This document shows positions 55,899 through 64,000 of a stretch of DNA of 64,000 nucleotides, one piece after another. The DNA is from an uncultured Acidobacteriota bacterium (GTDB lineage: Bacteria > Acidobacteriota > Terriglobia > Acidiferrales > UBA7541): the NCBI GenBank assembly GCA_963818085.1, contig CAWFQV010000004.1, positions 91,818 through 155,817 on the forward strand, in the 5' to 3' direction. How positions within the stretch are numbered: position 1 is the stretch's first letter; each line of letters opens with the position of its first letter. The notes under the pieces are model-generated. The model searched no databases and had not been told where the DNA came from. It saw only the letters and a program-made list of their open reading frames with translations. The translations under genes were made by a program, and so were the position numbers.

Positions 55899-57374
55899 AT
55901 GCGGTGGACAGCGATTCAAGTGGCCGAAACTCTGGGTGTCGCGCTTCCCGCGGGCCTCGAACCCATGGCCGGAATGGCCGGCGTCTCGATTGATTCTCGC
56001 GCAATTCGGCCTGGAGAACTGTTCCTCGCGATACGCGGTCTGCGTCACGATGGACACAACTTTGTCGCTGAGACACTTTCTCGCGGAGCGGTGGCCGGGG
56101 TGGTGGCGCGCGAAAGGTTACAAGAATATGGGGAGGAGTTCAGGCGAAAGCTATTCGCCGTGGACGACACGCTCGTCGCGCTGCACCGGCTGGCGTCACG
56201 CGCCTGCGAAATTTGGCGGTGCGCGAAACCGGGACGGCGAATCGGAGCGGTGGCCGGGTCCCTTGGCAAAACAACCACGAAAGAAATCTTTGCGGCGCTT
56301 GTGGGCGCGCGGTTCCGCGTATTGAAGACGCAAGGCAATTTGAACAACGAGTACGGTCTGCCGCTGACTTTGCTGCAACTTGACGATCAGTACGACGCGG
56401 CCGTGGTGGAAATGGGCATGTCGCATCGGGGCGAACTGGCGCGGCTGGCGCAGATTGCTCCGCCTGATGCTGGCGTGATTACGCGCATCGCGGTGGAGCA
56501 TTTGGAGTTTTTTTCTTCGATTGAAGAGATAGCGCTGGCGGAGCGTGAGCTAATCGAAAATCTGGCCTGGCCTGGCGCAACCGCAGTGCTCAATAGGGAT
56601 GACGAGCGCGTGGCGAGATTTGCGGATGTAGCGCGCGGCAATGTGATTTGGTTTGGAATGAGTACTCATGCGCAATTCCGCGCGGAAAACATCCAGGAAC
56701 GCGGCGTAGATGGATCTGTGTTTCATTTCGTTTCGCCGAGCGGGAGGGTGCAGTTGGAATTGCCGCTGATCGGACGGCACAATGTGATGAATGCGCTGGC
56801 GGCGTTGGCGGCGGCGAGCGTTTGGGGTATCGGCGCAGCGGAAGCACCGGAAGTGTTTTCAAAACTCTCGCCCGCTGACAAGCGCGGCGAGGTAGTTCGA
56901 TTTGAACATGGGCTCACCGTGATTAATGACAGTTACAACTCGAGCCCTACGGCTTTGAACGCGTTGGCACAACTTCTGGCGGATACCCCCGGGTATGGCC
57001 GGCGGATTCTTGCGGCCGGAGAAATGCTTGAACTTGGAGCGGCTGCTGCTGAATTGCATCGAGAGTGCGGAAGGTTCGCCGGATCATTGAAGGCGATTGA
57101 TTGGATCGTGGGAGTGCGCGGCCATGCAGCGGAAATGGTTCGCGCGGCGATTGAAGCTGGTCACTCAATGGACCGCACAAAGTTTTTCGACAATTCCGAT
57201 GACGCTGCGAAATTTCTGGCGGAATCTGTCACCGGCGGAGATCTGCTGCTGCTGAAAGGTTCGCGCGGCGTAAAGATGGAAAAAATCCTGGAGGCAATCG
57301 AAGAGGGGCACAAGAAAATCGGACGGGGCACCGTCAGTGAGGCAATCGAAGCAGGACAAAAAGGCTCGCGCTGA
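55899..57374 (+). CDS. murF: UDP-N-acetylmuramoyl-tripeptide--D-alanyl-D-alanine ligase
   Basis: 491-aa ORF with GGAGA upstream. 'IDSRAIRPGELFLAIRG', 'VAGSLGKTTTKE', 'NDSYNSSPTA'. Confidence 0.94.
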   Translation: MRWTAIQVAETLGVALPAGLEPMAGMAGVSIDSRAIRPGELFLAIRGLRHDGHNFVAETLSRGAVAGVVARERLQEYGEEFRRKLFAVDDTLVALHRLASRACEIWRCAKPGRRIGAVAGSLGKTTTKEIFAALVGARFRVLKTQGNLNNEYGLPLTLLQLDDQYDAAVVEMGMSHRGELARLAQIAPPDAGVITRIAVEHLEFFSSIEEIALAERELIENLAWPGATAVLNRDDERVARFADVARGNVIWFGMSTHAQFRAENIQERGVDGSVFHFVSPSGRVQLELPLIGRHNVMNALAALAAASVWGIGAAEAPEVFSKLSPADKRGEVVRFEHGLTVINDSYNSSPTALNALAQLLADTPGYGRRILAAGEMLELGAAAAELHRECGRFAGSLKAIDWIVGVRGHAAEMVRAAIEAGHSMDRTKFFDNSDDAAKFLAESVTGGDLLLLKGSRGVKMEKILEAIEEGHKKIGRGTVSEAIEAGQKGSR

Positions 57375-58507
57375 TGCTCTATTATCTTTTCTATTACGTA
57401 TTGCGCCCCTATTTCAGCCCCCTGAATGTTTTTCGCTACATCACGGTTCGCACGGCGGTTGCCAGTCTTACGGCTTTGTTGCTTTCGCTGCTGATGGGGC
57501 CCTGGGTGATTGAAAGGCTGCGCGGGTTGCAAGTGAAGCAATACATTCGCGAGGAAGGTCCGAAGGCGCATCAAAAGAAAGCAGGGACACCGACTATGGG
57601 GGGCGTTTTAATAGTTGCCGCCATCGTGATTCCTACCTTGCTTTGGGCGGACCTGCGCAATCCCTACGTGCTGCTGGCCATTGGAGCAACCGTAGCGTTC
57701 GGTGCGATAGGGTTTGTGGACGATTACAATAAAGTGGTGCGGCGGCGAAATCTTGGACTTTCCCCGAAGAAGAAATTCTTTTTTCAATTCTTAACGTGTG
57801 TGGCGGTCGGCGTCGCATTGCTCATACTGCAATCGCAAGGCGCGTATTCGACGCAATTGAGCGTGCCATTTTTCAAGCGGTTGCACCCGAACCTTGTAAT
57901 TGATTCGTTGTTGGTTCGGAACTATGTGTGGCCGCTGGCGTTTGTGCCTTTTGTTTTGTTTCTTGTGCTTGTAATCGTGGGTAGCTCGAATGCGGTGAAT
58001 TTGACGGATGGTTTGGATGGGCTGGCCATCGGATGCGTGCTGGTTTCTTCCACGGCCCTGACCGTTCTCACTTACGTTTCCAGCAACGCGCGCATGGCTG
58101 AGTATTTGGAAATTCAAAAAATACCTGCCGCCGGCGAACTCGTTGTGTTTTGCGGATCGTTGGTCGGCGCGTCACTGGGATTTCTTTGGTACAACGCGCA
58201 CCCGGCCGAAATGTTTATGGGCGACGTCGGTTCGCTCGCTCTGGGTGGCGCTATCGGCGTGGTGGCCGTGATTATCAAGCAAGAAATTTTGTTGCTCTCG
58301 ATTGGCGGGGTTTTTGTATTGGAAGCTTTATCGGTCATCATTCAAGTTGGCTCGTTCAAGCTCACGGGCAAGCGAGTGTTTCGCATGGCGCCGCTGCACC
58401 ACCATTTTGAATTGATGGGGTGGAGTGAATCCAAAATCATCGTGCGTTTTTGGATTGTTGCCCTGGTGTTCGCGTTGTTTTCGTTAACCACATTGAAATT
58501 GAGGTGA
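57374..58507 (+). CDS. mraY: phospho-N-acetylmuramoyl-pentapeptide transferase
   Basis: 377-aa ORF whose ATG overlaps the murF TGA by 1 nt. 'KAGTPTMGG', 'NAVNLTDGLDGLA', 'MGDVGSLALGG', 'RMAPLHHHFE'. Confidence 0.97.
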   Translation: MLYYLFYYVLRPYFSPLNVFRYITVRTAVASLTALLLSLLMGPWVIERLRGLQVKQYIREEGPKAHQKKAGTPTMGGVLIVAAIVIPTLLWADLRNPYVLLAIGATVAFGAIGFVDDYNKVVRRRNLGLSPKKKFFFQFLTCVAVGVALLILQSQGAYSTQLSVPFFKRLHPNLVIDSLLVRNYVWPLAFVPFVLFLVLVIVGSSNAVNLTDGLDGLAIGCVLVSSTALTVLTYVSSNARMAEYLEIQKIPAAGELVVFCGSLVGASLGFLWYNAHPAEMFMGDVGSLALGGAIGVVAVIIKQEILLLSIGGVFVLEALSVIIQVGSFKLTGKRVFRMAPLHHHFELMGWSESKIIVRFWIVALVFALFSLTTLKLR

Positions 58508-59914
58508 ATGGCAGTGAGGCCCGGAATCGATCTAGGGGGAAAGCGAGTGCTGGTGGTGGGACTAGCGCGCACGGGAGTGGTTACGGCGGTTTTTGCCACA
58601 GGTTACGGGGCTATCGTGACGGCAACCGACGAACGACCTGAAGCGGAATTGGGAGAAACCGCCGCGAAGTTGCGCGCAGCTGGCGTGAAGCTTGAGCTGG
58701 GGGGGCACGATTCCGACAGTTTCGCGAATCAGGATTTGATTGTTGTGAGTCCCGGCGTCGCGGCGAAGCTGCCTGCACTGGAACTGGCGCGTGCGCGAGG
58801 CATTCCGGTGTGGAGTGAAGTTGAGCTCGCCTGGAGATTTCTGCGCGGGAAACTTATCGCGATTACCGGTTCCAATGGCAAGACCACAACTACTTCGCTG
58901 GTTGCGCACATTCTTCAGACTGCGGCAATTCCTACTCTAATCGGCGGGAATATCGGTACGCCGCTTCTCGCTCTTGTGCAACATTCCATGGACACCACTG
59001 TGACCGTGGCGGAAATCAGCAGCTTCCAACTGGAAACGATCGAAAAGTTTCGCCCGGAAATTGGCCTGCTGCTGAACCTGACGCCAGATCACCTCGATCG
59101 TCACGCTTCATTTGACGAGTACGCGCTCGCGAAGATGCGCATGTTCGAGAACCAGATCGAACGCGATATAGCCATTCTGAACGCGGACGACCCGGAGATT
59201 ACACGGCGCATGCCTACGAAGCCTCGCATTTTCTGGTTTAGCCGGCAGAAGCGAGTGGCGGCGGGAACATTCCTTCGCGATGAGCAGATTTTTTTCCGGA
59301 ATGAGGGCTCGGAGGTCGCGCTTGCGCGCCGCGATGAAATTCCGCTACGCGGTGAACACAATGTCGAGAATGTTCTGGCCGCATGCGCTGCAGCATATCT
59401 CTCGGGAGCCGACCCTGCCTCTATCGCGAGCGGAATAAAAACTTTCAAAGGCGTGGAGCATCGTTTGGAATTCGTGGCGGAAATATCAGGTGTGCAGTTT
59501 TATAACGACTCCAAGGCGACCAACGTAGATGCCGCGGTAAAGGCGATGGAAGCTTTCGCGGGTCCACTGATCGTGATCCTTGGCGGTAAGGATAAGGGCA
59601 GTCCTTACACTCCGCTGCGCGAGTTGCTTCACGAGCGCGCGCGCATGGCCGTCTTGATCGGCACTGCCGCGGACAAAATTGCAAAAGACCTCGGCAGCGC
59701 TGTTCCTTTGACAAATGCCGGCACGCTGGACCGGGCGGTGCATATTGCCATGCAAAATGCGCAGGGCGGCGACACGGTGTTGCTCGCGCCAGCTTGCGCC
59801 AGCTTCGACCAGTTTGAAAACTACGAGCATCGTGGCCGAAGGTTCAAGGAATTGGTCGCCAGCCTCGAAGACCAGAACCAATCTGCCGCGGGCGCCTCCG
59901 CACAAAAAGGATGA
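58508..59914 (+). CDS. murD: UDP-N-acetylmuramoylalanine--D-glutamate ligase
   Basis: 468-aa ORF that abuts the mraY stop. 'VLVVGLARTG', 'ITGSNGKTTTTSL', 'FYNDSKATN'. Confidence 0.95.
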   Translation: MAVRPGIDLGGKRVLVVGLARTGVVTAVFATGYGAIVTATDERPEAELGETAAKLRAAGVKLELGGHDSDSFANQDLIVVSPGVAAKLPALELARARGIPVWSEVELAWRFLRGKLIAITGSNGKTTTTSLVAHILQTAAIPTLIGGNIGTPLLALVQHSMDTTVTVAEISSFQLETIEKFRPEIGLLLNLTPDHLDRHASFDEYALAKMRMFENQIERDIAILNADDPEITRRMPTKPRIFWFSRQKRVAAGTFLRDEQIFFRNEGSEVALARRDEIPLRGEHNVENVLAACAAAYLSGADPASIASGIKTFKGVEHRLEFVAEISGVQFYNDSKATNVDAAVKAMEAFAGPLIVILGGKDKGSPYTPLRELLHERARMAVLIGTAADKIAKDLGSAVPLTNAGTLDRAVHIAMQNAQGGDTVLLAPACASFDQFENYEHRGRRFKELVASLEDQNQSAAGASAQKG

Positions 59915-59917
59915 CCA

Positions 59918-61027
59918 ATGCCGCGTAGCTTGCAACCGGACCGAAAATTATTTGGCGTGACACTAGGGCTTTGCCTGATCGGCGCGGTAATGGTCTTCAG
60001 CGCGTCGGCCATTACTGCGCGGGAAACAGGCGGCAACGGCTACACGTTTCTACTCAGGCAACTCGTATGGATCGCGCTGGGATTGGCCGGGATGTTCTGG
60101 CTGATGAATGCGGATTACCGCAAGTTTCGGCAGCCCCGTGTGATTTTTACAGCCGTTTCGCTCACTCTGGTGATGCTGATTTCCGTTTTCTTTCTGGATC
60201 GCTCGCACGCCACGCACCGCTGGTTCCGGCTGGGGCCTCTGAGCCTGCAACCTTCGGAGATTGCGAAGCTAGTTTTAATTTTCTTCCTTGCTTGGTTTCT
60301 TGAAATTCGGCGAGCGCCCAGAGGCTTTGGAGTGAATGATCCGGTCCGCACGCTTCTCCCCGCGTTGGGAACAGTTCTGCTGATCGTTGCTCTGATCCTC
60401 CTCGAGCCGGACCTGGGCACAGCGTGCATGATTCTGCTGATCGCGGTGGCCATGCTCTTCGTGGCCGGACTCGACATGCGCTACATCTTGGGCGCCGCAC
60501 TCGCAGCGATTCCTGCTGTTTATTTATTAATTGTGCGAACGCCGTATCGGTTGGAACGTTTCAAAGCGTTCATGTCCCCGGGTGCTGATCCGCAGGGTCA
60601 CGGTTTTCAATTGCTGCAGTCGCTTATCGCGATTGGTTCGGGCGGATTTACCGGCGTGGGCCTGATGGAAGGAAGGCAAAAGCTCTTTTTTCTTCCTGAG
60701 GCGCATACGGATTTTATTTTTGCTGTGATTTGTGAGGAACTCGGATTTATCGGCGCTGTAGTTGTGCTCACACTTTTCGCCGTGTACGGCTGGCGCGGGT
60801 TTGTCGCTGCCATGAAAGCTCCGGATGAATTCGGCCGGATGCTCGCACTGGGAATTACGGCAATGGTGGTGGGACAAGCGCTCATCAACCTGAGCGTTGT
60901 GTTGGGATTGGTGCCCACGAAAGGAATTCCCCTTCCGTTCATTAGCTATGGCGGATCGAGTCTGATCGGAATGCTGTTGGCAACCGGCGTGCTGTTGAAC
61001 ATCAGTCAGCACGCGGATGAGACGTGA
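59918..61027 (+). CDS. ftsW: peptidoglycan glycosyltransferase / lipid II flippase candidate FtsW (SEDS)
   Basis: 369-aa ORF with ~10 TM helices. 'LQPSEIAKL', 'LPEAHTDFIFAVICEELG', 'PTKGIPLPFISYGGSS'. Confidence 0.94.
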   Translation: MPRSLQPDRKLFGVTLGLCLIGAVMVFSASAITARETGGNGYTFLLRQLVWIALGLAGMFWLMNADYRKFRQPRVIFTAVSLTLVMLISVFFLDRSHATHRWFRLGPLSLQPSEIAKLVLIFFLAWFLEIRRAPRGFGVNDPVRTLLPALGTVLLIVALILLEPDLGTACMILLIAVAMLFVAGLDMRYILGAALAAIPAVYLLIVRTPYRLERFKAFMSPGADPQGHGFQLLQSLIAIGSGGFTGVGLMEGRQKLFFLPEAHTDFIFAVICEELGFIGAVVVLTLFAVYGWRGFVAAMKAPDEFGRMLALGITAMVVGQALINLSVVLGLVPTKGIPLPFISYGGSSLIGMLLATGVLLNISQHADET

Positions 61028-62139
61028 AGGCGGATGCAAACAGTTTGCTGATTGCAGGCGGCGGCACCGGCGGGCATGTTTTTCCTGCGATTGCGGTGGC
61101 GCTTGAGTGGCTCAATCGGAAACAAGAAGGAGAACGAAGCGTCGTGATCGTTGGAACCAAGCGCGGAATGGAGGCGAGGCTGGTGCCGCAGGCCGGGCTG
61201 CCGCTTGAAACGATCCGCGTAGCGGGCTTGAAAGGAATTGGCGGGACGAAATTCTTAAAGAACGCGGCGATGCTGCCGCTAGCGCTGTCAGATTCGGACA
61301 AAGTTATACGGCGCCATAATTTTGGAGTGGCATTCGGCGTGGGCGGATATGCGTCGGGTCCCATGATGCTTCTGGCGACGATGCACTCGATTCCTACTGT
61401 GATTTTTGAGCCGAATGTGGAGCCCGGATTCACAAACCGCGTGCTTTCTAGGATTGCTACCCGTGTTGCGGTGGCTCACGAAGCTACAGCAGAGCGGTTC
61501 GGACCCCGGGCGGAAGTCACCGGGTGTCCCGTGCGCCGGGAATTTTTTGCCGTACCGCGGAGGGAACTTCGCGAGCCTTTCACGATTTTGATTACGGGCG
61601 GGAGCCGTGGCGCTCTGCCGATCAATCGCGCCGTGATCGACTCGCTCGATCTTTTAGCGGCGCGAAAAAAACAGCTTTTCATCGTGCATCAAACCGGCGA
61701 ACGCGACTATAATGCGGTGCGAGTGGCTTATGCGCGTCGCGAATTCCGAGCGGAGGTTGTGCCCTTCATCGAGAATATGGCGGAGCGGTTTGCCCAGGCA
61801 GACTTAATCGTCTGCCGTTCGGGCGCGATCACGGTCGCAGAAGTATCTGCCGCCGGACGTGCCGCCATCTTCATCCCCTTCGGCGCCGCCACCGACGCGC
61901 ACCAAACCCGCAATGCAGCAGCGATGCAAGATGCCGGCGCTGCGCGGATGTTGCCTCAAACTGAGCTAACCCCCGAGCGGCTCACGACCGATATTTTCTC
62001 CCTGCTGGACCAGCCCAGGAAAATTTCAGAGATGCAAGAGCGAGCACGCGCACTGGCGCGTCCGCGCGCGGTTGAGGACATTGTGGATTTGCTGGAGGCG
62101 CAAATTCGAAACCCGTTGGAAGGAATGGTGCGCCTGTGA
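61024..62139 (+). CDS. murG: undecaprenyldiphospho-muramoylpentapeptide beta-N-acetylglucosaminyltransferase
   Basis: 371-aa ORF whose GTG overlaps the ftsW TGA. 'GGGTGGHVFPAIAVA', 'GGYASGP', 'CRSGAITVAEVSAAG'. Confidence 0.95.
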   Translation: MKADANSLLIAGGGTGGHVFPAIAVALEWLNRKQEGERSVVIVGTKRGMEARLVPQAGLPLETIRVAGLKGIGGTKFLKNAAMLPLALSDSDKVIRRHNFGVAFGVGGYASGPMMLLATMHSIPTVIFEPNVEPGFTNRVLSRIATRVAVAHEATAERFGPRAEVTGCPVRREFFAVPRRELREPFTILITGGSRGALPINRAVIDSLDLLAARKKQLFIVHQTGERDYNAVRVAYARREFRAEVVPFIENMAERFAQADLIVCRSGAITVAEVSAAGRAAIFIPFGAATDAHQTRNAAAMQDAGAARMLPQTELTPERLTTDIFSLLDQPRKISEMQERARALARPRAVEDIVDLLEAQIRNPLEGMVRL

Positions 62140-63542
62140 CCGTCACCTTCCGCAATTTTCAGCGCATCCATTTGATTGGCATCGGCGGCAGCGGGATGAG
62201 CGGCATCGCGGAAGTGTTGCTTTCGAGCGGCTATGCAGTGTCCGGCTCCGATTTGAAAGCTACTGCGGTAACCGAGCGGCTGCGACGATTGGGCGCCAAT
62301 ATTTTCGAAGGGCATCTGGCGGAAAATGTTCGGGGAGCGCACGTGGTGGTGGTTTCTTCCGCTGTTCATTCCAGCAATCCGGAAGTGGTGGAAGCGCATA
62401 AGCTAAAAATTCCGGTGATTCCTCGCGCCGAGATGCTCGCCGAGTTGATGCGTTTGAAGACGGGGATCGCCGTAGCCGGCGCGCACGGGAAAACGACTAC
62501 AACTTCGATGGTAGCTGCGGTGCTGGCTGAAGCGGGACTCGATCCTACATTTGTTGTGGGGGGCCGCGTAAATCATGCTGGCTCGAATGCTCGCGTGGGC
62601 CAAAGCGAATACATGGTGGTGGAAGCGGACGAAAGCGACCGCTCGTTCTTGCTACTTGCGCCGGTAGTAGCGGTGATTACCACGATCGACCGCGAACATA
62701 TGGACCATTACCGCTCGCTTGAGGAAATACAGGAAGTATTTTTGCAGTTCGCCAATCGCGTCCCCTTTTACGGGACGGTCATTCTCTGTCTCGATGAGCC
62801 GAACGTCCAAGCGATTCTGTCGCAGGTAAAGAGGCCGGTGATTACGTACGGAACATCAAGCCAAGCGGACCTAGTGATCAGCGAAGTGCGCCTGAACGGC
62901 CTGGCCAGCGAGTTTCGCCTGAAATATCACGATGAGGACCTGGGAATTTTCTGCCTGCCTTCGCCGCCGGGAATTCACAATGTGCGCAATGCCGCTGCGG
63001 CGGCTGCCGTGGGGCTTTCGCTAAACGTCCCGACAGACTTGATCCGCGCTGGTCTCGCGAAGTTTTCAGGTGTCGGCCGGCGATTTGAAATCAAAGGCGC
63101 ATATGGCGGGGTAACCCTAATTGACGATTACGGCCATCATCCCGCCGAAATCCGAGCCACGCTGGAGGCTGCGCGCGGATGCGGTTATAAGCGTCTGCTG
63201 GTGCTCTTTCAGCCGCACCGGTACTCGCGGACCAAATTTCTCTGGGAAGATTTCAGGCGTTCGTTCAATGAGGCGGATATTTTGGTGATCACGGAAATTT
63301 ACGCCGCCGGCGAATCTTCGGTAGAAGGCGTCAACGGCGAGATTTTGTCGGAAGCGATCAGCACGGCGGGACATAAAAACGTGGTATTCACCAGCACCAT
63401 GCAAGCGGGCATGGAATTTTTGTACCGAGAAGCGCGGCCAGGCGACGCAATTCTCACCATTGGCGCGGGGAGCGTTGGGCGCGTGCTCGATCAATTAGCC
63501 ATGCTGCTGGCTTCCAAGGTTCCTAGTCCTTATGCAGATTAG
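62136..63542 (+). CDS. murC: UDP-N-acetylmuramate--L-alanine ligase
   Basis: 468-aa ORF whose GTG overlaps the murG TGA. 'IHLIGIGGSGMSGIAEVL', 'VAGAHGKTTTTSM', 'DDYGHHPAEI'. Confidence 0.96.
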   Translation: MTVTFRNFQRIHLIGIGGSGMSGIAEVLLSSGYAVSGSDLKATAVTERLRRLGANIFEGHLAENVRGAHVVVVSSAVHSSNPEVVEAHKLKIPVIPRAEMLAELMRLKTGIAVAGAHGKTTTTSMVAAVLAEAGLDPTFVVGGRVNHAGSNARVGQSEYMVVEADESDRSFLLLAPVVAVITTIDREHMDHYRSLEEIQEVFLQFANRVPFYGTVILCLDEPNVQAILSQVKRPVITYGTSSQADLVISEVRLNGLASEFRLKYHDEDLGIFCLPSPPGIHNVRNAAAAAAVGLSLNVPTDLIRAGLAKFSGVGRRFEIKGAYGGVTLIDDYGHHPAEIRATLEAARGCGYKRLLVLFQPHRYSRTKFLWEDFRRSFNEADILVITEIYAAGESSVEGVNGEILSEAISTAGHKNVVFTSTMQAGMEFLYREARPGDAILTIGAGSVGRVLDQLAMLLASKVPSPYAD

Positions 63543-64000
63543 CGAGAAGCCGGTTGCGGCACGGCTAAAGGAACTTGTAGTGGAACTGAGGCCGGGTGTT
63601 TCGCTCAGCGAAAAAACTTCGTTGGGAATTGGGGGAACCACCGACGAGCTTTTGTTGCGTCGGTTTGACACGATTCCCGAGGTGATGCGGTTGTTGGCGA
63701 ACGAAAAAATTCCTTACCGCTTTCTGGGTGGAGGGACAAACGTGCTGATCGACGATGGCGAGTTGCCTTGGGTCGTTTTGCATTTGCCAACTTCGCAGCC
63801 GGGGATGAGGGTGGAGGGTAATGCGGCTTACGTTGATGCCGCTGCGGATCTCGGCGGCATGGTCACATTTTGTGCCAAGCGTGACCTAGGTGGCATGGAA
63901 GGCCTGATCGGAGTGCCTGGCAGCGTCGGCGGCGCGTTGCGCATGAATGCAGGCGCCTACGGAACGCAGATTGGGTCCTATGTGCGCGAAGTGGAGCTGT
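63532..64000 (+). CDS. murB: UDP-N-acetylenolpyruvoylglucosamine reductase (5' part, runs off window)
   Basis: My own translation from ATG 63532, which overlaps the murC end by 11 nt: MQISEKPVAARLKELVVELRPGVSLSEKTSLGIGGTTDELLLRR...YRFLGGGTNVLIDDGELPW...GMEGLIGVPGSVGGALRMNAGAYG. There is no stop before the window end. It is absent from the ORF track because it is open-ended. Confidence 0.9.
   Translation, partial: MQISEKPVAARLKELVVELRPGVSLSEKTSLGIGGTTDELLLRRFDTIPEVMRLLANEKIPYRFLGGGTNVLIDDGELPWVVLHLPTSQPGMRVEGNAAYVDAAADLGGMVTFCAKRDLGGMEGLIGVPGSVGGALRMNAGAYGTQIGSYVREVEL

Overview
This is a 64-kb, moderately GC-rich chromosomal segment that reads like core genome of an Acidobacteriota (Terriglobia-type) bacterium. 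That taxon call is an inference from four things: a PadR plus duplicated-FtsX 'ADOP' permease pair, an ECF sigma/anti-sigma/DUF3106 triad, a YXWGXW-repeat protein, and a relic of a '...FLTLWK.ADPDIPILKEAKAEYAK' protein C-terminus. I count about 60 protein genes and one tRNA.

Layout:
- 0.3-19.8 kb: ribBA, then envelope and secreted enzymes. These are an ICMT-like methyltransferase, a serine hydrolase, a DUF302-DUF4126-disulfide reductase trio, a large lipoprotein, YceI, an amidohydrolase, a YXWGXW protein, a phosphoesterase and PadR-ADOP.
- 19.8-22.1 kb: groES-groEL with promoter and CIRCE operator.
- 22.2-25 kb: mobA, an ABC ATPase and an APC permease joined by 4-nt overlaps.
- 27-43.6 kb: a long minus-strand housekeeping array of ribE, ribD, ftsY, an HD-GYP sensor, plsY, thpR, cinA, an NHL/TIG protein, pgpA, yacG, rimO, a TgpA-like transglutaminase, mutY, DUF58 and MoxR.
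- 43.6 kb: tRNA-Val(CAC), followed by an 840-bp stretch with no assignable gene.
- 44.5-49.8 kb: DUF4149, an alkA-like glycosylase, ychF, a ZIP transporter and the ECF module.
- 50.2-64 kb: the dcw cluster mraZ-rsmH-ftsL-ftsI-murE-murF-mraY-murD-ftsW-murG-murC-murB (murB partial), preceded by a promoter and MraZ boxes.

I found no transposase, integrase, CRISPR array, prophage or recognisable defence or toxin module. I do not see a convincing novel multi-gene system.

The best leads are:
- a 57-nt direct repeat bracketing the serine-hydrolase gene;
- an ABC ATPase with a degenerate signature motif, coupled to an APC permease;
- the unassigned tRNA-flanking gap, which holds a 42-codon membrane-peptide ORF;
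- two gene relics;
- several unusual domain appendages.

All family calls come from motif recognition by eye. No database search was run.
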